This document shows, piece by piece, positions 35,179 through 38,902 of a stretch of 38,902 bases of DNA; position 1 is the first letter of the stretch; every line of letters begins with the position of its first letter. The stretch lies in the IMG/VR virus record IMGVR_UViG_3300009111_000009, positions 1-38,902 of that record, one strand, 5' to 3'. Both the position numbers and the translations under genes were made by a program. The notes under the pieces were generated by a model. It made no database searches. It was not told where the DNA came from and saw only the letters and a program-made list of their open reading frames with translations. The DNA comes from a virus (Duplodnaviria; Caudoviricetes).

Positions 35179-35568
35179 ATGAGAGAACAGAAACTAGCAT
35201 GGGGACTCAACGCCGAGATCCCCGAAGAGGTTGAGGTTTGCTGGGGGGCACGATGGATCTACCCCGACGACATGGTACACGACCGGCAGGACTTCAAGGG
35301 TATCGACACCCCAGAAGGCAAGAGGTTGAAGGAATGGCTGAACAACGGCGCTATCAGGAGAGCGCAAAAGAAAGCTAGGGAATGCAATATGCTCCCGAAT
35401 GAGGACAGAACAATCGTCCTCTATGAAGACAAAACCGGTATCGTCAAGGGGAACTGCAACGGGTCATACGGCTACCTGTATGTCTGCGCTTACCTGAAGA
35501 AGAGGGGGCCAGCCGTTGAACCCGAACCGAAAGAGCGAGTCAAGAAAGAGACGCAACCGAGATTTTAA
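35179..35568 (+). CDS. Hypothetical protein
   Basis: WGAR...NGSYGYLYVCAY; GGGAGGTGA RBS. Confidence 0.75.
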   Translation: MREQKLAWGLNAEIPEEVEVCWGARWIYPDDMVHDRQDFKGIDTPEGKRLKEWLNNGAIRRAQKKARECNMLPNEDRTIVLYEDKTGIVKGNCNGSYGYLYVCAYLKKRGPAVEPEPKERVKKETQPRF

Positions 35569-35574
35569 GGGGAG

Positions 35575-35907
35575 GTGAGACCAATGTTAAAAGAAATCAA
35601 GCCGGTATTGGAACTCGGTCAAGTGTTGACGACCGCAGGGGTAGCCGCCGACATGGAGAAAGACGACAGGTTTGCGGCGCTTGTCCAAGTATCCCTATCC
35701 AGGCACCAGAGAGGGGACTGGGGAACGATATGCAACGCGGACAAGAAGACCAATGACGAGGGACTGAAGAATGGCGGCAGGGTTATGTCCGCCTACACCA
35801 TCGACGAATCCAAAGGTATATCCAAGGGATTCGGTGAGAATACGATCTGGATCATAACCGAGTGGGACCGCTCGGTGACGACCATTCTGTATCCGAACGA
35901 GTATTAG
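35575..35907 (+). CDS. Conserved plasmid/phage protein (RH..GDWG...WIITE.DRS.TTIL.P.EY)
   Basis: Recognisable family motif; start may be ATG 35584. Confidence 0.85.
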   Translation: MRPMLKEIKPVLELGQVLTTAGVAADMEKDDRFAALVQVSLSRHQRGDWGTICNADKKTNDEGLKNGGRVMSAYTIDESKGISKGFGENTIWIITEWDRSVTTILYPNEY

Positions 35908-35920
35908 AGGGGGGGGTACT

Positions 35921-36139
35921 ATGACAATACAAAAACTGCTTGAACTGTTTTGGGGTCTCTTGCCGACAAAGATATTGAGGCTGGAAAGCGGAAGCTGTAT
36001 CAACGAGATCCGGGCTTATATCCGAGAAGTAGAAAACAACGTATGGCTGTATAAAGACGCGGGAGGATACCAACTGTTTAACGATCTTCCTCCCGCGCCC
36101 AAGGGATTCCAATGGAAGGAACATCCGAACGAGTATTAG
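35921..36139 (+). CDS. Hypothetical protein
   Basis: Poly-G RBS; ends PNEY like the preceding gene. Confidence 0.6.
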   Translation: MTIQKLLELFWGLLPTKILRLESGSCINEIRAYIREVENNVWLYKDAGGYQLFNDLPPAPKGFQWKEHPNEY

Positions 36140-36155
36140 AAGAGGGGGTGATTTT

Positions 36156-36428
36156 GTGAGAACGAGAAAGAGGCTCTTCAGGCTCCATGCGGGTCCATTC
36201 GACGGGAAGAAGGTTTTTCTATCGGAAGACTCCAACACTACGCTAACCTTCGGACTCCATGGGTTTTATGGCCGGTATGTCCTGACAGGCGGAAGCTTCG
36301 ACATGAGCTGGCATGAACAGCAGAGCACGATAGCTAGAAAGCCTGTCAAGACGATAATCGGAAAACCTGTCCGCAAGACAAGCAGAGCAAGGCGGACGCT
36401 TGACGTGATACTTGCGAAAGCAGCATGA
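36156..36428 (+). CDS. Hypothetical protein
   Basis: GPFDG motif; last gene before the terminator. Confidence 0.6.
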   Translation: MRTRKRLFRLHAGPFDGKKVFLSEDSNTTLTFGLHGFYGRYVLTGGSFDMSWHEQQSTIARKPVKTIIGKPVRKTSRARRTLDVILAKAA

Positions 36429-36448
36429 TTGTTATCAATCGGGACATC

Positions 36449-36494
36449 GGGGACGCGAGAGATTTTTTAATCTTCCGCGTCCCCCCTTTTTTTG
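36449..36494 (+). terminator. Intrinsic terminator of the early operon
   Basis: GGGGACGCG...CGCGTCCCC followed by a T8 run. Confidence 0.8.
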
Positions 36495-36544
36495 TGCTTA
36501 AAATTCTGCTCATGATTTTTTTAAAATATAAATTCATTTTTTTC

Positions 36545-36584
36545 TTGACAGTTCCCCAGTGTTAGTGCGACAGAATGGTAAAAT
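36545..36584 (+). promoter_or_regulatory. Possible promoter
   Basis: Extended -10 TGGTAAAAT (36576-36584); TTGACA at 36545 is too far for canonical spacing. Confidence 0.4.
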
Positions 36585-36607
36585 AATCTTAAAGGGGGGA
36601 GCTTGAA

Positions 36608-37864
36608 TTGGAAGAAGACCTGGACAGGACAAAGTACATTTTCTATGATCCAAATCGTAGTTTTTACTTGGCGAAGATCCATGACGGAGAGGGCAACATT
36701 TACGTCTTCAATTGTCCCCACGACATAACGCTCAAGATGAAAGATGTGCTCAAGAGGGGGGAGTTGATTTCCTTCCGCTTGAAGGGCAAGACAAGCAAGA
36801 AGATGGATAGCAGTTCCGACCTCTTTGCCCGAAGCTACAACAAGATCCTGCCATTAGAGTTCAAGGACTCCAAAATGGAGCAAGACGAGTTTGTAGAATT
36901 GCTGACGGAAAGCAAGAAACACGCCCCGATCCCCGGCAGGGAAACAAAACACGCCCCCCCGGTTTTTGTCGCTCCCGAAATCACCGATATTCCGACCCCC
37001 GCAACAAACGAACACGGCAAGATCATCGGCAGGTTTCGCGGCCAAGATCTCTACAGACCAAACCCCAGATATTCCCCCTACGCCCTCATTGACAAGGAAT
37101 GCAGGGGCTGTCAAGCCCCCATCCACGGCAAGCTTACCGTGTCAAGCAATACCAATGGCAGTTATAGCCGGTTCCAAGCGTTCACCCCTTTCGAAGCGGC
37201 AAAGCAGGAAAAACCTGGGGGCCATCACTGGCTATGCGTCAAATGCGCCAACCAACCGCCTGAACAAGCCCAGCCCGAAACCGCGTCAACACCTGATGTT
37301 GAGACACCGGCAATTGAAACGCTTCAACCTCCCACCAGCGCTCCTGACGAAATCATCTTGGGACCGAACTATTTCAAGTTTGAGCGGTACGGTGAAGATT
37401 TTTTCTACAAAGGGGCCAAGATCTTCAAGACCTCCACCGGCTATCATACGCGACGAACGGTAGCATGCAGTGAATGCGGCGGTCCTATCGAGCTTGACGC
37501 GACAGCAACATTCAAGGACGGTAAACCACATTGCATGTCGGCACAAAAAGCTGTTGTTAAGGGATTTGCTGTCCCCATAAAGCCAAAATCCAAATACTGG
37601 AAGCATGTCGATTGTCAGGACAATATCCCAGAGCCTGCACCACCCGAAACCCCGCAACCCCCCCCGGCGCTGAAAACGCTTAAAATCCCCATGAAAACAT
37701 CCCAACCTCCTGATATAACTAGACTGGACAGTAGCGCTGTCCTGCTCGGATTAATAAACCGATTAGAAGAAATGTCAAAAGACGAATCGCTGGAAGACAA
37801 GGCGTTCAGAGGAGCTGCCTGGATGCTTTGCCGTTATGCTACGACGAGAGGAGAATCAGCATGA
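36608..37864 (+). CDS. Multidomain protein with two Cys-rich modules and Pro/Thr linkers
   Basis: CRGC...WLCVKC and CSEC...WKHVDC modules; helical C-terminus. Confidence 0.75.
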   Translation: MEEDLDRTKYIFYDPNRSFYLAKIHDGEGNIYVFNCPHDITLKMKDVLKRGELISFRLKGKTSKKMDSSSDLFARSYNKILPLEFKDSKMEQDEFVELLTESKKHAPIPGRETKHAPPVFVAPEITDIPTPATNEHGKIIGRFRGQDLYRPNPRYSPYALIDKECRGCQAPIHGKLTVSSNTNGSYSRFQAFTPFEAAKQEKPGGHHWLCVKCANQPPEQAQPETASTPDVETPAIETLQPPTSAPDEIILGPNYFKFERYGEDFFYKGAKIFKTSTGYHTRRTVACSECGGPIELDATATFKDGKPHCMSAQKAVVKGFAVPIKPKSKYWKHVDCQDNIPEPAPPETPQPPPALKTLKIPMKTSQPPDITRLDSSAVLLGLINRLEEMSKDESLEDKAFRGAAWMLCRYATTRGESA

Positions 37865-38902
37865 CTAGCATGATGAATATCGGCGGAAGTGATAGCCCCG
37901 AAATAGTCCGTGAATGCAAGCGCAAGAAACCCTATCCAACCGAAGCGTCTGCCAAGGAAGCAGCAGCACAGGCGTCAAAAGATGAAGGAATCCCCTTTAA
38001 CCATTTCAAATGCCGCCACGGGAATCATTTCCATATCGGTAAAACACTGGTCTACACCGTAGATCCAAACTACAAATTTATGGTGAGGTTCGACAATGTG
38101 CTTTGGGCTAAGATCAGGATTCAGGCGGATCAATGGCTTTTCATGTGTCCCCCTGGGACGCCCGAAATCGAGGAAGAAATCCTTGTAAACGGTCACCTAG
38201 TAGCGCACAAAGAACTGATGGATTGCTTCAAAACTGTCGGCGGATTAAGAGCACGGCACTCCCACATCTTCAACCAGATGCCGACGATCTACCCCGCCAA
38301 TCCTACACAAATCAAAGAAGATATCCTGAAGATGCAGATGATTACACAGGACAGCGCAATGGAAAAGATAGCCAAGAACGGCTACGCCGCTACGAACGGG
38401 GGACCAAAGAGGATCATCATTACACCCCCCGAGATCCAAAAGGAAAAAGAGCTATACAAAGGGAAGGAAGTGTTCCGGACACCGGAAGGCAGACCATTCT
38501 TGCAAGACAGGGCCACCTGTTCTGTTGAAGGCTGTTCAAACGTGATCGAGTTGAGAGCCTACATCACAACGGGGAAAGAAGGTCAGCTTAATTACGTCTA
38601 TGGCCGCGTCCCTCTTGACGGGAAAGCAATCAGAAAAGAGGGATCAAGCAAGCAATTCCCGTTATGGATCTGCAAGGAGTGCGTTAAAAAAGAAAGGCAA
38701 CAACAACCCGTAAGTGAACCGCAAGAGGTTCCGATCAGGATTGATGGCTCTATTATCGAGGAACAGCCGGTGAAAAGGGAGACGCCTGCCTATGTCCCCC
38801 CAGCCGAAACAGCACCAGCACTCGGTAAAAATCACGTCCTTCTCGACCTGCAAAGGATCGCCAGCGATCAGTCCATTGACCCGCTCTTTGTCAAGGGTGC
38901 AA
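37861..38902 (+). CDS. Paralog of 36608-37864, truncated by the right edge
   Basis: Not in ORF track. Open from ATG 37861 (ATGA overlap) to the end. N-terminal C..K..Y....A...CRHGNHFHI finger, then YKGKEVFRT...CSVEGC...WICKEC. Confidence 0.8.
   Translation, partial: MTSMMNIGGSDSPEIVRECKRKKPYPTEASAKEAAAQASKDEGIPFNHFKCRHGNHFHIGKTLVYTVDPNYKFMVRFDNVLWAKIRIQADQWLFMCPPGTPEIEEEILVNGHLVAHKELMDCFKTVGGLRARHSHIFNQMPTIYPANPTQIKEDILKMQMITQDSAMEKIAKNGYAATNGGPKRIIITPPEIQKEKELYKGKEVFRTPEGRPFLQDRATCSVEGCSNVIELRAYITTGKEGQLNYVYGRVPLDGKAIRKEGSSKQFPLWICKECVKKERQQQPVSEPQEVPIRIDGSIIEEQPVKRETPAYVPPAETAPALGKNHVLLDLQRIASDQSIDPLFVKGA

Noticed and set aside
1-38902. Stop-codon reassignment
   Set aside because: Core genes are intact and tightly packed under the standard code, and all three stop codons are used.

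Overview
Part of a tailed dsDNA phage genome with a podovirus-like architecture. The host is possibly Desulfobacterota/Deltaproteobacteria-like (weak inference). There are two divergent arms around a control region at ~27.15-27.85 kb. The leftward (minus) arm runs: terminase small subunit, a likely packaging/terminus region, about 14 accessory genes (M15 endolysin, DUF5664-like nucleotidase, AntA-KilAC antirepressor), two tandem tRNA-like ncRNA candidates, terminase large subunit, a 51-aa ORF with a structured leader, portal, scaffold, major capsid, decoration/fiber, adaptor, nozzle-like and tail proteins, two paralogous coiled-coil proteins and internal (ejection) proteins, the last running off the left edge. 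The rightward (plus) arm starts with a promoter followed by a ~305-nt heavily base-paired non-coding region. After it come about 28 small early genes (many with zinc ribbons, some like plasmid/ICE leading-region proteins), an iteron-like candidate origin, a terminator, and two paralogous proteins carrying a repeated Cys4 domain. The most unusual content is non-coding: the large structured RNA candidate at 27386-27691 and the tRNA-like pair at 20938-21229. All folds and family calls were made by eye and from memory, with no database searches.
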